A stretch of 63,179 nt of DNA, the filler included, from Sphacelaria rigidula (taxonomy: Eukaryota): assembly GCA_964200075.2 (NCBI GenBank). It is 7 parts of 7 records of this genome, joined end to end, with 100 filler letters (N's around TTAATTAATTAA, not from the genome) between each part and the next. Parts side by side here need not be neighbours in the genome. Positions count along the whole stretch, not along the records: positions 9,042 to 17,982 come from CAXNAA020009693.1; positions 18,083 to 27,022 come from CAXNAA020009694.1; 5 more parts are not named here. The stretch is one strand, 5' to 3'. Each line of letters opens with the position of its first letter. The stretch's first letter is position 1. Of this stretch, positions 13,095-26,281 are shown in pieces. The notes below the pieces were generated by a model. It was given only the letters and a program-made list of their open reading frames with translations. It ran no database searches and was not told the DNA's origin. A program made the translations under genes and the position numbers.

Positions 13095-13562
13095 GTGAAG
13101 CGACGGGAAAAGGGGGATGATGCTGCTTGGACACAGGCAAGGAAGGCGCTTGATAATTTTTCTCGAGTATACGTTTCCGGCGTTTTCCCCATAATGTCGT
13201 TTCCCGAGAAATGAAGAACAGAGTCGTATTTTGTGTTCTTTTTTTGTCGTTTGTTGTTTGTTGTTTTCTTCCCCGTTCCCTGTCGGATGGGGAAAAAAAA
13301 ATGACCCGGTCTTCTGCTGTGTTGTACCAGTTATTTTATTGTGCCCCACAAGTGTGAAGGGATGTCGATTCGCCCGATTATTCGGGGAAACAAAGGTCTG
13401 ACAGATTTGGCTTTGCGTGTATGCACGGGTCAGAGCATATTGGTATGTATGTTTGCGTACATCCGGCGCGTGACTGATGAGGCCTGCAAGGTGAGTGGGT
13501 ATCGAAGCACAGTAAGGTATTATTCGTCGATCGATAGATGGATACACAGACGAAAGTTGTAA

Positions 13563-13826
13563 GGTTGTGTTCTGTGGGGTAGGGGTGTGTTCGGTATGTT
13601 CGGCAGGGTATGAGGAGATTCATTACAGAACTTCGAGAACCTGTCGTGTACGGTATGGAAGTTGTCCAGAACTTGTGATGTGTAACCGGGTATTTCTACA
13701 TGGGTGTACCTGCACCCCGGGTAACGGCGAACGTTTCGTACAGATCTCACAGAGCTGACGGGTACGGGCAAAATCCGGGTAAATACCCCGGGTACTTCAC
13801 AAACCTGCACCCCACAGAACCCAATC
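13563..13826. mobile_element. MITE (~260 bp); related copy at ~41124-41417 in an intron of the channel gene
   Basis: TIR GGTTGTGTTCTGTGGGGT / ACCCCACAGAACCCAATC. Internal motifs such as cagaact...cgggtacgg and ataccccgggta are shared with 41124-41417. Confidence 0.7.
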
Positions 13827-14689
13827 TTGAAAACTCGAGCTGTGAAAACGTTTAGTGCGGAAGTAAACATGGCCAATGAAGGAATAAATAATGACTCGAG
13901 CACCTTGTGTGGAATAACAAAAAAGTAACAGAACGCCGCCTTTTGGTCAAGGTTGATGATTTGAGATCCACCGCTTGTGGTGCTGAGTGTTATTTTTCGG
14001 TAACAAGAGCATTTGCACAAAGTTTTGTTACTGCTTTCAACGACGATCTGAAGTGGAATTTCGTGGGAAAATGACCCGAAATACCTCCCCTCCCCCCCGC
14101 CCCCCCCTATCGTAGCATATGACTCGGGGCACGTGCGGTACCATCCATGGGTACCTTGACACTACGGACACTCTGGACGCAGCCCAAGCAAGGAGGGGAG
14201 GGAGTGAAACTGTGATAAGAAACACGAAGAAAGTGTTATTCGAACAATCTCTCTGTTATTCTATCCAGAACCTGAACTTCGCGGGAGAACGTGAACGGTT
14301 GTGTACAAGGAGGAACAGGGACGTGCTATAGTAAAGGTGGAAGTGTCGGAAATAAACGAATGTGACATGAGCTCGTTTGGTACTTGAGACAGTGGCGAGA
14401 AAACGTTCGCTATAGGGTTCGAGAGACGGACTAATGTGCGGAATGAATGATATTCAAAGAATAAGTAGAAGATGGATGGTGGTAACAGACGGCGGAACAG
14501 GAAGGGGCATGAGGTGTCTGGCAGGTTCTTGTGTAGTTTATGGAAGACACGTATCGAGCGCGTCCAAATGTTGGAGGTGTCTTAACCAGGAGCAGAAACG
14601 GTGCTCCGTTTCAAAACGCATGCGTGGTCAGTGGTCGATTGTCTGAGGAAATGAACAAATGTGTACACCCCCAGGCCCAAAAATGGAAA

Positions 14690-14982
14690 GGCACCCATGA
14701 GCCAATGTAACGCATGGCTGTCTCTAGAAGTTGCGATATCTCAGAATGAGGCAACCCATTGTAGGCTGTCATCCTCATCCAAGATGATCACTACGTTTCG
14801 AGCCGAACAATCTTGGCAGGACGCAGCTCACGCTTCATGCGACTGGCCGAACACACCACGGAGCTTCGCGCTTGGTGATTGATTACGAACCTGGTCCGGC
14901 GAAAACCCGGCGTGCTACGTCTCGGCTTTGTAGGGATGCGAGTCCAACGGTCTCTTGACCACGGCATGCAAGACCATCAGTA
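14690..14982 (+). repeat. dispersed repeat family B (possible SINE or LINE 3' end)
   Basis: Reverse-complement homolog at 17678-17982. Fragments occur at 27123-27213 (-), 63116-63162, ~9050-9130 and ~16140-16205. Several copies end in agta(c)-poly(C). Confidence 0.8.
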
Positions 14983-15084
14983 TCTTCCGCTTGACCCCCA
15001 TACCACTGCTTTTGCGTTTTCCAATCTTCAAAACCATGACCCGTCGTGCTTGCGTGTGCGTGTACCCATGCGTGCGTCAAGCAG

Positions 15085-15369
15085 GCTGCCGGCGTGGAAG
15101 AGAAGGTGGACACGGATTGCGTTGTATTCGCCGTCCGCAAGGACAACCCGAAATACAAGCGCGTGAAGGAGATGATGGAGGTCAACAAGCATGTGGATAA
15201 GAGCACGAGGATGCGCTTCTCGGAAGCAGGAGTGGCCGTTTTCCACCCTTCGTTGCCTCCGCTTCCACGAAGAATGGCCGTTGCTTCTATTCCCTTGCTG
15301 GCCCCTCCTGAGGCAGTAGTGGTCGATTGGAGATCGGACCCGCAGTCCCAGCGGCCGCACAAATCTTGA
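15085..15369 (+). CDS. TAF13-like (TFIID 18-kDa histone-fold family) C-terminal exon; upstream exon not found
   Basis: After acceptor gcag, KVDTDCVVFAVRKDNPKYKRVKEMMEVNKHV resembles TAF13 RVQVEDIVFLIRKDPRKFARVKDLLTMNEEL (comparison from memory). Confidence 0.6.
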   Translation, partial: AAGVEEKVDTDCVVFAVRKDNPKYKRVKEMMEVNKHVDKSTRMRFSEAGVAVFHPSLPPLPRRMAVASIPLLAPPEAVVVDWRSDPQSQRPHKS

Positions 15370-16913
15370 TTTATGATGTGGGCGCCGGGGGACTGCATGA
15401 AGGTGAAATATTTTTGTGATGATAATGGTTTTATTTCTATTTTTTTAATATTTTGGTGATGGCAATATTTTTTCGTTCTCAGAAGAAACGATGAGAGCCC
15501 CATTTCTTGTGAGAAATAGCAGGGAGGGTATTGGTAAGACGAGCCTACGTCTGTCGGTGGCTAGGGGTTCGAGAGATGGAGTTCATGTGCGAAAATTAGG
15601 AACAATATAAGACTCAAGTGCTGTGATGTTTCGGTGAGAGGAGGATGGCGTAGGGTGGTGGAAGCAGGGGGTGTATGTGACTTGTTATTGGCAAATGGCG
15701 AGGTTTGTTTCGCGTGTACTGCTGGACTGTTCAATTGAACAGGGGATTCTGGAAAATGGGAACGATATATATATATATATATACTCATAAGAACGACAAT
15801 TTTCCGATGGTGGTCGTATTTGGGAGGAATAATACCGCTCGAAGGCGCCTTCAAGGGAACTGGAGGTCAAAGAAAAGCTCTTTGGGGGGTGGCTCTATGT
15901 CCCGCGAAGGCGCCTTGAAGGGAAACCATTGGAGCACCATGGACACATTCAACACCAAAGGTGCTTTCGAGGGGCAGATGCAATTTCCCACAGTTGGGAA
16001 CACCGTCGAAAAAACACTTTCCATGGAAAAAATCGTTTCCATTTACAGAATCCTCTGTTTTTTATCTTTGACTGTCGATTACATAGCGCGTTATTCTCGT
16101 CTCTCCCCCCCCCCCCCCCCCCCTCCCTGTGCTCCGTCTCGAAAGGGATGCGTGGTCAATGGTCAAATGACTAAGGCAAGCAACAAATGAGTACGCCCCC
16201 CCCTCCCTGTATTTTTGGAGTTATTCTCAGCAAATGTTTCCGATTATGTTCGTACCTCGGTCACGTACGTTTGTTTATCTTGTAACGAGGACTGGATATT
16301 TCGTACTTGAGTAGATTGATTGGATCTGGCCCCCACTGTATAACTGTATCTACGTGTGTGCATGCGTATGCCCCCTGCGCTGCAGACACGGGTGCAAGCA
16401 CGGCGTGCGATTGATTGCGTTCCTCCAGTAGTGACGCCCATGTGATGTAACGGTACAACTGACACCACTACAAGTACTGTAGGGTGAAACCATCGCGGGT
16501 CCTGTCAGATGCGTTTGGCTCTTTGTTGATGGTTGAAAGCACAGTATCTACTTTTTCCTTCGTTGAAAGATTGAGGACGTGAGAATACGCAACAAAAGAA
16601 ACTTTTGTCGTGACGGAGTTTCGTTCTGACAAGAGTCGACACGGTGCGGTAGTGAGAAGGGATTGTCATGATCCAATCCAATCCGCGAGGCCGAAATGTA
16701 AGGCGTTTACGGAGCAAAAAAAGATGTTTGCATATTTCAGTTGAGTGGCGTACTTTGATGGAGTGGGAATGTTTTATTTGTTCATGATATATGTAGTCTC
16801 TCCTTGAATCTGCTTTTTGAAGTAAATTTTTGGCTGTGAGGAGCACGGTTGGAAATCCACAAAGACTGGTTTGTACCCGTGTTGTTCTCCAGTGTCGCCA
16901 CCCGTGTATATGA

Positions 16914-16922
16914 AGTAGCAGC

Positions 16923-16963
<41 letters not shown>

Positions 16964-16988
16964 TAGTAGTAGCAGTAGCAGTAGTGGT
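16914..16988. repeat. (AGT)n microsatellite
   Basis: Directly visible. It explains the poly-Leu run in ORF 16505-17176. Confidence 0.95.
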
Positions 16989-17113
16989 GACAGTATGTCC
17001 GCGTGAGTGATGTTCACAGTGCAGTATGATAGTGACAATAATATTGTACCTTCCAGGGGTCTGTCAAAAACATATTTCGGGACACCTAGGCCCCAAGATC
17101 GAAAACTCGAGTT

Positions 17114-17304
17114 GGCATTTTCGCGTTCCCCTGTGGCCGCAGTTCTTATCTTGGCCAAACAAGAAATTGTGTTCAAGAACGGTCAAAAACAGTCAAATCT
17201 AGAGAAATTGCCATTTTCCTCTGGATGGACTTGACCGTTCTTGGACAAAAATTCTTGTTTAGCCAAAATAAAAACTTCGGCCACCGGGAGAACGGGAATA
17301 TGTC
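17114..17304. repeat. foldback/MITE with ~70-bp imperfect inverted arms
   Basis: 17124-17186 is the imperfect reverse complement of 17231-17294. Confidence 0.8.
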
Positions 17305-17677
17305 CTGGAACCGCCTCAACTAGTAGAGCAAGTCATTCCAAGGCGTCAAACTCTGCCTACTGTAGCTCTCTTTTAGCATAACAGGACGTACAAGCTCCAA
17401 AAATGCACCTTTCCACATTTTTTATTTTATTTTTGTCTGGTATAAGGGGCGGCATCACATTTTTGGTTTATTTATTCTTTATAATTATGCACCTACGTAT
17501 CAGGAGAAACGTAAATCGCCTGCTACCCCCCCCCCCCCACACACACACACACATCAGAGGGGGGTATACCCCACCCCCGACGTTGCCTTATTTTGTGTAG
17601 GATTTGGTATGCGATCAGTTTTACAGGAGTTGGTATGGCGTTTGGGGGGGGAGGGGGGAAGGTGGAGGGGGGGGGGG

Positions 17678-17982
17678 GTACTCATGATTATGCATGCCAT
17701 AGTCATAAGACCATTGACCTCGCATTCCTACAAAGCCGGGACGGAGCACGCCGGATATTCGCCGGACCAGGCTCGCTCTCAAACACCAAGCGCGAAGCGC
17801 CGTGGTGTGTTCAGCGAGTCGCATGAAGGGTGAGCTGCATCCTGCTAAGATTATTCGACCCGAAGCCTATTGACTATCTTGCATTCGGATGACAGCCTAC
17901 AATGATTTGCTTCATTGTCTGGTCTCGCCACTACCAGAGACAGCCACGGCGCACAGATTGCCTCATGGGTGTCTCACCATGC
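17678..17982 (-). repeat. dispersed repeat family B, inverted copy
   Basis: Reverse complement of 14690-14982, truncated by the contig end. Confidence 0.8.
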
Positions 17983-19802
17983 NNNNNNNNNNNNNNNNNN
18001 NNNNNNNNNNNNNNNNNNNNNNNNNNTTAATTAATTAANNNNNNNNNNNNNNNNNNNNNNNNNNNNNNNNNNNNNNNNNNNNACAAATTTGGACAATCTT
18101 TGAGAAACTGAGAAATTACGGATTCTGCATACTTCTGACGCTGACTACTGTACCTTCGTCAGTTCAAGTTGTTGGTTTCCTGCAATTGGGGAACTGGACG
18201 CCAGAGCGTTCCTTCTGGTTCCATGTGTCAGTCATATGTCCGTACGAGTGTTCCTGAGCAGCTTCCGGTATTGATGCCGACGTTGTTCCCGAGTGCCATT
18301 GCACACCGCGAGGTGCCTTACGCCTCCGGAGACGTAATGTGGACAGCTTTTGTCCATCAAAAAAGCAACCTCACTCCCGCCATTCGGGGTAACAAATATT
18401 TGCCTTCGCGTTCACAGCCTGCCGCTATTTCCTCCGCGAACACCTACGGGTCTGGCGAACGGGACTCGAGTTCATTTTGTGCTGCATGCACCCCCGCCTC
18501 TGTCGCCGGTTCAGTAATGAGTGTTAGTAGTAACAAAGACCCATTCAGCGCAAGTTTTGACGGATGGCCGTACTCTGGAGAGACATGGGACGATGTTTAC
18601 TTGGCTTCTACGACAGCTTTTATCACGGATGACCCCCATTTGTGGAACCAGCTTCTGTCTTCTTCGGCTAAACGCGACGCTTTCACTGCCACGCCAACAG
18701 CCGTATCAATCGCAATGTAAAAGGCCACAGCATGCGTGACTGTGACAACTCATGCATCAACGCATTCGATCTCATGAACCCTGTACAACAGGACAATGAA
18801 CCCGCGTGGCGCCGATGGCAAAAACGAATGCGCGGCCATCGTACCCCAGGTCGAAATAATCTCAACCCTTCGAACACTCGAGGCAACTATCGCTAATCGC
18901 AATCGCCGACAAAACAACAACGATAGTTCTGGCACTCGCCAAAGAGATAATACCTCTCGCGCCAATCATGGTTCCGCTTACAGACACCAGCGGACGCAAC
19001 CGACACAAAGCTGGAACCCCAACACCAGAGACCCTGGTACCTTCACTTCAGCTCGCATAGCTCCATGACGTGGCAACGCCGGCGTTAAAATGTCCTCAGC
19101 GCCGCCGATAGCACTTTCGAAGACTTTTTCAACACCGCCCGCGGAACGAGCGACGAAAACGAATCGCTCAGTCTCCTCGGCGTTATGCAGGAGCACTAAT
19201 TACGGCCGCTCAAATCGACCCCCGTCTTCACCTCTTCACCGCAGAGTAACAGCTGCGTGAACTCACTATTTAGCTCTACGCTCGGCTCTGGACTTGGTCC
19301 TTCAGAACTGAGTGTAAATCTGAGGTGTGGGAACACCAGCTGCCCATCCCTGAGACAAAGGCTTCGCTCAGCGACCGCACACACCGGCAGTAGTGTATCT
19401 CACTCGACTGGTTCAAGTGTCGCTGGTCTCAACTTGACCATTCCGGGTCAAGTAACACCCACCCAGCTCGAACGAGTTCGTTCTTCTCGTTCGTTACACC
19501 ACGCGAAACTACCCCTGAACGGTTCCAAGAAAAACTGTTGTAATTTACAATCGGCTATGACTCCTCAGCCAAGCTTGCCAACGGAAAGTCCACAAGCTTC
19601 GCCCGATTATACCCCGATGCTGACCTCATCCACCCGACTGGACGCACTTGTGATGCCCCAACAAGTTTTGGAAGTTCCCCGACCATCGTCACGGCGAAAG
19701 AGGGAGCCCCGTAGGGATAACCCCAAGAAAAAGTGCGCATCATCACGCTCACCTCTCTCCAGCGGAAAACCTCGACCTTGATTTCTCCAAAATTCGGCGA
19801 CT

Positions 19803-22800
19803 TTGAGCTCGATGGCTTCATCAAGCACCACGGAAGAAACAAATTCAAATATCAATGGCGCCACTGCTTCTTCAATCGACGGCCCCAACAACGCACAATC
19901 TGGATCCACCTTGGATGTTGATCCCTGTCTACCCAGGACGGTCATTTACGAGATCGTTAATGATCAGCCTAATCGTCCCTCACCTGGGAATAATATACCA
20001 TCCGCCACCTTCCCTGGTGAGAAATCTGACCCATCGGCAAATCACCCACCGTCCGTTTTTGCTGTCAGTCCCGCCGATCCTGACCAATTTATCTTGCCGG
20101 AACATGGTCCGGATCTTGGCGGTGAAGTGTCTGTGGACCCGACGCCTTCTACTAAACGCGTCGCGATCCACTTTGATCCAAACGCTACCATGCCTACGAA
20201 CTGCGTATCCTTGTTGGACAGCGGCACCCCGCAAACATTCATTCGAGAATCAACATGGGAACACATGAAACAGACTGACGCTGCTACTGCAGCTTGTGAA
20301 ACCACCACCCAACCTCGAGTATGGGGCGGCTTCGGTGATTCTACCGCACCCCTGGCAACAAGAAAATCCGTAAGTCTCAGTCTGAATTTTTTTCACAACA
20401 CCACTCGTTCTGCCAGCCTGGCTACCTGGGCATTCATTGTCCCCAACAGCACAATGCATCACGCCGTATTGTTGGGCAGAGATAGCTATATGCGGTTTGA
20501 TAAACGAACCTACCGCACGCTTCCACCACTATCGCCACAATCCACGTCTCGTGGAGAATTCAATCTTGAATACTTTGGTACACTTCACGGCGCCCTGGCC
20601 TACCAAAATAGTATACAAGCAACCGGAGCTGCTTACCACCCACGATACAGAGGTAGTATTGGTATACCCCGTATTGGCGCACCAGCCGCCAAAGAACATT
20701 TTGTCTCGGCGGGACAACAATTCCTTCCTCTTACGGCTCATGCTAACTTGGAACCCGGCGATATCTTAGGGATCGCTTCTGCTGCTGCTGACCTGGTGCA
20801 CATCCCACTAGAGACGTGCGTAAGAGAGTCTGCCGAGTCCAACGCAACATCTCCGACGGAGTCAGTTCATTGTGTCGATGAACCATATTTTGACCTCGGC
20901 TCTGCGACTCCACCCCCGGTCCACACCGTGGATCCTGCCCAGTCAAATTCCGATCCTCCTGCTGAAGTGCTTAAAGCTTATCACCAGATTCTCGGAATAG
21001 TTTCTTGCAAATGTGGAACCAACTGCCGCCACACATGCGTTATATCAATTTTGACCTTCAAGGGCCCGGCTGGGAAGGCCAGCAGTCATCCGAGAACTCA
21101 GGGGTGTTCTGCTACAGTACCAAGACCGATTTTCCCGATCCAAGACGGAACTTGGGCACTCCAAAACGCTACCCTTTGAGGTTACACTCCAACCCAGAGT
21201 CTCGCCAATATCTTCTCGACCATACCAGACAGAACCAATCCTCGCCGAAAAGTAAATGCCATCTTGGATGCATATTTGGGAGCAGGGTTATACAACGTTC
21301 CTCCTCTCCTTGGGCCTCGCCACTTGTGGTCGCTCCCAAAAAGGATATAAACATACGCATAGCCGTGAACTACCAACGGTTGAACCGCTTCACTGGGGTT
21401 TGTAAACTTCTAATCCCCCGCATTGATGAAGTCTTCGACTCCTTAGGCGGAGGAAAAATATTAAGCATCTTCGACCTCGCTTCTGGATTTTTCCAGATTG
21501 CTATCCACCCTGACACAGCCCCACTTACGGCCTTTTGTGCCTCGTCCGGGCTCTACGAGTGGCTTCGAATGCTACAAGGCGCTGCCACTGCTCCGGGATG
21601 ATTTCAACGCTTAATGCAACGCGTCACCGAAGGCCTCGAGCACATCATCATGTACCTAGATGATGCTATCGCTTGCGATGCCTCATCTTTTGCACACATC
21701 CGCACTCTACGATAACTTCTCTCTCGCCTACGAACACACGGCTTGAAACCGTCTCCATCCAAAGCTCGCCTTGATGCGACTGACTTGGGTTTCCTGGGTC
21801 ATTCCATTTCACCAGCAGGCCTACATCCGGATATGAACAAAGTCAGGGCGATGATTGACTTGCGGATGTCAACCAACATTTCTCGGCTTCGCTCATTGTT
21901 GGGCGGACTATCCTACTACCACATTTTTTTGCCGAATTTATCCAAATGGATTCACCCCCTTACTGAGTTACACAAGAAAGGAGCCGTGTTTATCTTCACC
22001 ACCGATATGGAGAATATCACCCACGAATTGCTGAAAACGCCTACCGAAAATACGGTACTCTGTTTTCCTGACTGGGAGGCAGTACAAGATGGCTCTCGCC
22101 TTTTCTAACTCCACACTGACGCCAGCATAGACGGATTTGCAGGAGTTTTGAAACAACCTCAGGTTGAGGGTTCTATTCGACCCATCCTCTACATCAGCCG
22201 CGCCACCCTGCCCAACGAGGCCAACTGGAGCCCGCTAGAATTGGAAGGCGGAGTAATCGCCTGGGCCATTAAGCGCCTCCGACGAAATCTATTTCACGTG
22301 CCCTTTGAGATCTACATGGATCATGGGGCACTCGAGCAACTCGCCAAGGTCGGCGAACACAACCCAAATGTACAACGATAGTTGGAGTTTCTAACAGCAT
22401 ACCAGTATACCATTAAGCACCGTCGAGGCAAAACCAACGGGAACGCTGATCTCCTTTGCCAACTACTCCTGCCGCCTACGGCCGCAGTTTTCAGCCCGAC
22501 TTGCCGTTTAAGGGAACCCGATGAACCTGGGATTTACCCTGTCAGACTTTCTTCAACGCCCGTTTATGTCCTTGACCTTCAGTGCCCAGAGACTGGTATG
22601 CACATGGGAGGACCTCGCCCTCTACCATATGACACCGTCTTGGGTGAGTTGAAGCCCACTACCTCCGATTTTGTCGACAACACGCGCTCCCGATCTACCG
22701 CCCGCACCACTCCCCCGAGTGCCCCGCCGCCACCGATAACACCCACAAATTCCACGAACCACGCAACACCAGTCCCACGGACCAGCACGCGACGCTCCGC

Positions 22801-25204
22801 GAAAAATACTGCAACGTGCACGACGCGCCGCGGACAATCTTCGGCGGACAATCTTCGCCGCGCGCTGCTACACCCCCACTGCTCATAACGGCGCCACCAA
22901 CAGCTACCGCTCCTGAGCATAGAGCCGAGGACTCAGCTTCTTCTGCTCCTGGGGCAGGTATTGACGTCGGCATTTTTGCCCCGTCGCCTATTTCGCTGCC
23001 AACCCCACCATGTTTGGTCGGCTCTCCAGCGGAAGGTCAACTCCGCGAGTTTCTCGCCAGCTACTCTCACCGTCATTGGGCTCGCGAACAAAACGCGGAA
23101 CTTACATATCGCGCAGCCATCCGGTACTACAGCTTGACTGCCCAGTCCCTTTTCCATCCGCCCTTCTGGCCCCGGTTGGCACACTGCCACCACCAGATAC
23201 CTCTGACGTATACGAACTCGTGCGTAAAGGCACGATTTCACTACGGATGAAGGCATACAATTACTCGTGCGTCGCCCCACACCTTTGACGGGCGCACTTT
23301 CCGTCTCAACCACGGCACGGCACGCACGACTACTCAATGACGAACCAACGCGCGTATATGTCCCATTATTAATGCGCCCCTGAGTCATGAAAGGCTGTCA
23401 CACGAACTTGTCATGTCACCTTGGCGTCACTCGCACCCTTGCGCTTCTGGATTCGGCGATGCTTCAAATGTGCCAAGCTCGAAAAACTTCACGGCAGACA
23501 GTACACTGGCCCGTCATCTCTATGGGACTCCCCAACGCCCCGGGCTACATTGTGTCCTTTGACTAGTTTGGCCCTCTACCGACCATAGGTCGCGGCAACA
23601 CCTACATCTTACACTTCACTGACCGCTTCAGCTGCCACACGTCCATGTACGCGGTAACCGCTGCAGGTTTCACTGCCGCCGGAACGGCCGATATATTGGT
23701 CCACGACTACATTAGGTACTACGGTTACCCGAAACGACTCCTTTCAGACAATGGTCAGCAATTTTGCTCAAATCTCTCTGATTAGCTTTACAAGCTCATG
23801 GGCATCCGCAAAATTGCCACGAGCGCCTACCACCCTCACGGTAACGGTGGTACCGAAAGACTTAATCACACCATGGCCCAGGTGCTCTCTTTGGTCGACA
23901 ATGACCGCCAAAATGACTGGGACCTAGATCTCTCGCACATCATGTTGTCCTACAACAACTCGATTAACGCCGCCACAGGCCTTTCCCCGAACGAACTCCA
24001 TCTTGGACGCTACCCTCGGCTGCCCATCACTGTGTTTGCGCGACACACGTTCGATGGCCACCAAGGATTGGATCAGGATCAGATATCCTATCACGAACTA
24101 GCGCATTCACGGCAACGCAAAGCGTTCACCCTCGTGCGGAAACAAAACACTATCAACGCCTCGCGCCTTGAGAGATCTAACACTGCTCTCTACGACCTCA
24201 TGCACAAACGCTCGAGCTGAAAGTTGGTGATTGGGTTTATTTTACAACAGTTTGTCGACCATCCGCCAAGGCACCAGCAAGGCAGCCAATGAAACAATTT
24301 TGAAGACAAAGTTGTCCCTCAATTGGGCAGGTCCATTCAAGATCCCGACAGCCAGATCATCGTCATCATCACCGGATGACAAACTGCTCTATCTCGACCT
24401 GCCTCGTGACCTCCGGGGCAAGGACACCAAACCCCGCGTCTCCGTGCACAGATGCAAACCCTGCACGGACCCGCATGATACTAGCGACATGCCCAAGTAC
24501 TTGCCTGCCGGACTCACACAGTACGCTCTCAACAGCGACTCGAACAAGTCCCCGCCCTGTCATATGACCACCGACGACGAGACGGAACAGCCACTCCGAT
24601 TGACCGTGTCCACCATCTCTGGCCACCAGATCACCCGTGGTCGAGGTGGCAAAATTGCCGTCATGTATAAGACCCACTGGCACGGTCTTCGGAGAGCGTC
24701 TTGGGGACGCGAATCCAACCTTGAATGGCAGTGCCGTGCAATCCTCCTGCATTGGAAGCAATCCCAACATAAGCATCTTGCTCTCACAACACGAAATATC
24801 GCAACATGCGCCGTGGTGCAGCACCCCGCGAACTTCACCGCGATCAAGGACTACGCTTTGCCGCCGATGGCTACGAACTCATACCTACCAAGACTTGCAA
24901 GGCGAAGTTCTTCGCAAAGCAGCGAATACTATCCAAGGGCAGCTACCTTTGGTTCAAAGGCAGCGACAACCTCTGGTGGTTGGGTCAGACCCACTCCGCT
25001 AACCTGGTTTCTGCCGACACATACATCGTGCGCTTCATCGACGACCCTGGACCCATCCAGCTCAAGCTTCGGCCAGCACTATACCCCACCTGCCCATCTG
25101 CACCACGCGGATCTTTGTGTCTTCAGCGACTCAAGTCCAAAGGACTTCGCCGCGGCATCCAGCGCAACATCGACCACACCCACGACATCCACGCACCGCT
25201 TTGA
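19803..25204 (+). pseudogene. gypsy pol polyprotein with many stops and frameshifts
   Basis: Motifs are spread over ORFs 19803, 21005, 21743, 22148, 22382, 23798, 24231 and 24806. In-frame stops include 21599-21601, 22379-22381 and 23381-23383. Confidence 0.92.
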
Positions 25205-25809
25205 ACCACGCTCCTTCACTGCAACGTTTCTTTCCTTTTTTAGTATATTTGCCCTCCCTTCTTCGCTAGCACCCAACTCTACGACATCCACAACAGGACA
25301 ACCTACATTCTTCGACGATCGGAGACTACTAGGAGCCACCCACCATCTACGACTACTGGAGCTCTAGTATCCCCTTTTGGCTGGGGCTCGATCTCGTTGG
25401 ATCACCGATTTTCATATTTTGTTTCCCTTGCTTCCGACCAACATGCGTTGGTCACAGACTGATCTTGCTGACTTTTCTTCGGAATCCCCCAGGTAGAAGC
25501 TCTGCTCCCTGTTGTACCTCCCTGGTTTCCCCCTTCGTTTTGCTAGGACGCCGAAGCAATTTGTGCTTCTTCGTTGATCGCTAGCACGCAGAAGCAGCTT
25601 GTGCTCCCGCGTTTCTAAGCCGTCTTTTCTGCTTCTCGAAGCAGTATATGCTTCCCTTATTTTTGAGGTGTGGGAGTGGGTACGGGAGTGTTTCCTCAGG
25701 GGTGCCTCATTAGCCGCTCACGACTTTACGAGTAGAGAAAACCTTAGTTTTCGCTGCTTTTGAGGACAGGCCCTCACATCTGTATTAAAGGTTTGTCTGG
25801 GTGGGTTAA

Positions 25810-26281
25810 TGTCATGAGGAGTATATTAGCCTGTTGTCATGCCGCCTCGGACCCGTAGATGAGTCCGGCTTTATATCTCATCCCAGGCTATTTTAAGACT
25901 GCAGTTCTGTTTAGAGTTGGTCAGATACGAGTGTGAACTTGATATAGCAGGGATAGTAAGACGGACGATGATCCCTACGCCAGACACCACGTCTCATCTC
26001 CGGCAAAGAAGTCTCGCATCACGGTGAGAATGATCGATTGAGCGAGAGAGATTGAATACTGAGGAGATCTAGGACCGAGTAATCAAAAAGAGAAATTATC
26101 TACCTACGCGTGACATTCTGATACCTTGGGCACATAAATACTAGGGCGGAGCCGCAGCGTTTAGTCCACGCTGCACAGTGCCTTTGCCTACTCCACGGCT
26201 CGGTTATCCAGCCTGTTGTCTGCCCCCCTGCCTTGCCTAGTGAGCCTGTGCTCGCCATACATCCGGCACAATCCCATCACA
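25810..26281 (+). repeat. 3' LTR of the gypsy element (472 bp)
   Basis: TGTCATG...CATCACA termini, preceded by a G-rich tract, and homologous end to end with 29681-30153. Confidence 0.88.

Larger units (their letters stand above)
18083..26281 (+). mobile_element. Ty3/gypsy LTR retrotransposon (chromodomain-bearing), decayed; 5' LTR lost at the contig start
   Basis: Domain order is PR-RT-RH-IN. Protease LLDSGTPQTFI (~20210). RT PWASPLVVAPKK, DLASGFFQI and YLDD (21653-21664). RNase H TDAS, ELEGG and DHGAL. Integrase DRFS, SDNGQQF and SAYHPHGNGGTERLN. The 3' LTR is at 25810-26281. Confidence 0.95.

Noticed and set aside
16505-17176. 223-aa ORF with poly-Leu
   Set aside because: It is a product of the (AGT)n microsatellite and a foldback repeat.
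21599-23383. APOBEC-like G-to-A editing of retroelements (several probable Trp-to-stop changes)
   Set aside because: Probable Gln-to-stop changes and frameshifts also occur, and Trp codons are one transition from a stop. Neutral decay suffices without a consensus comparison.
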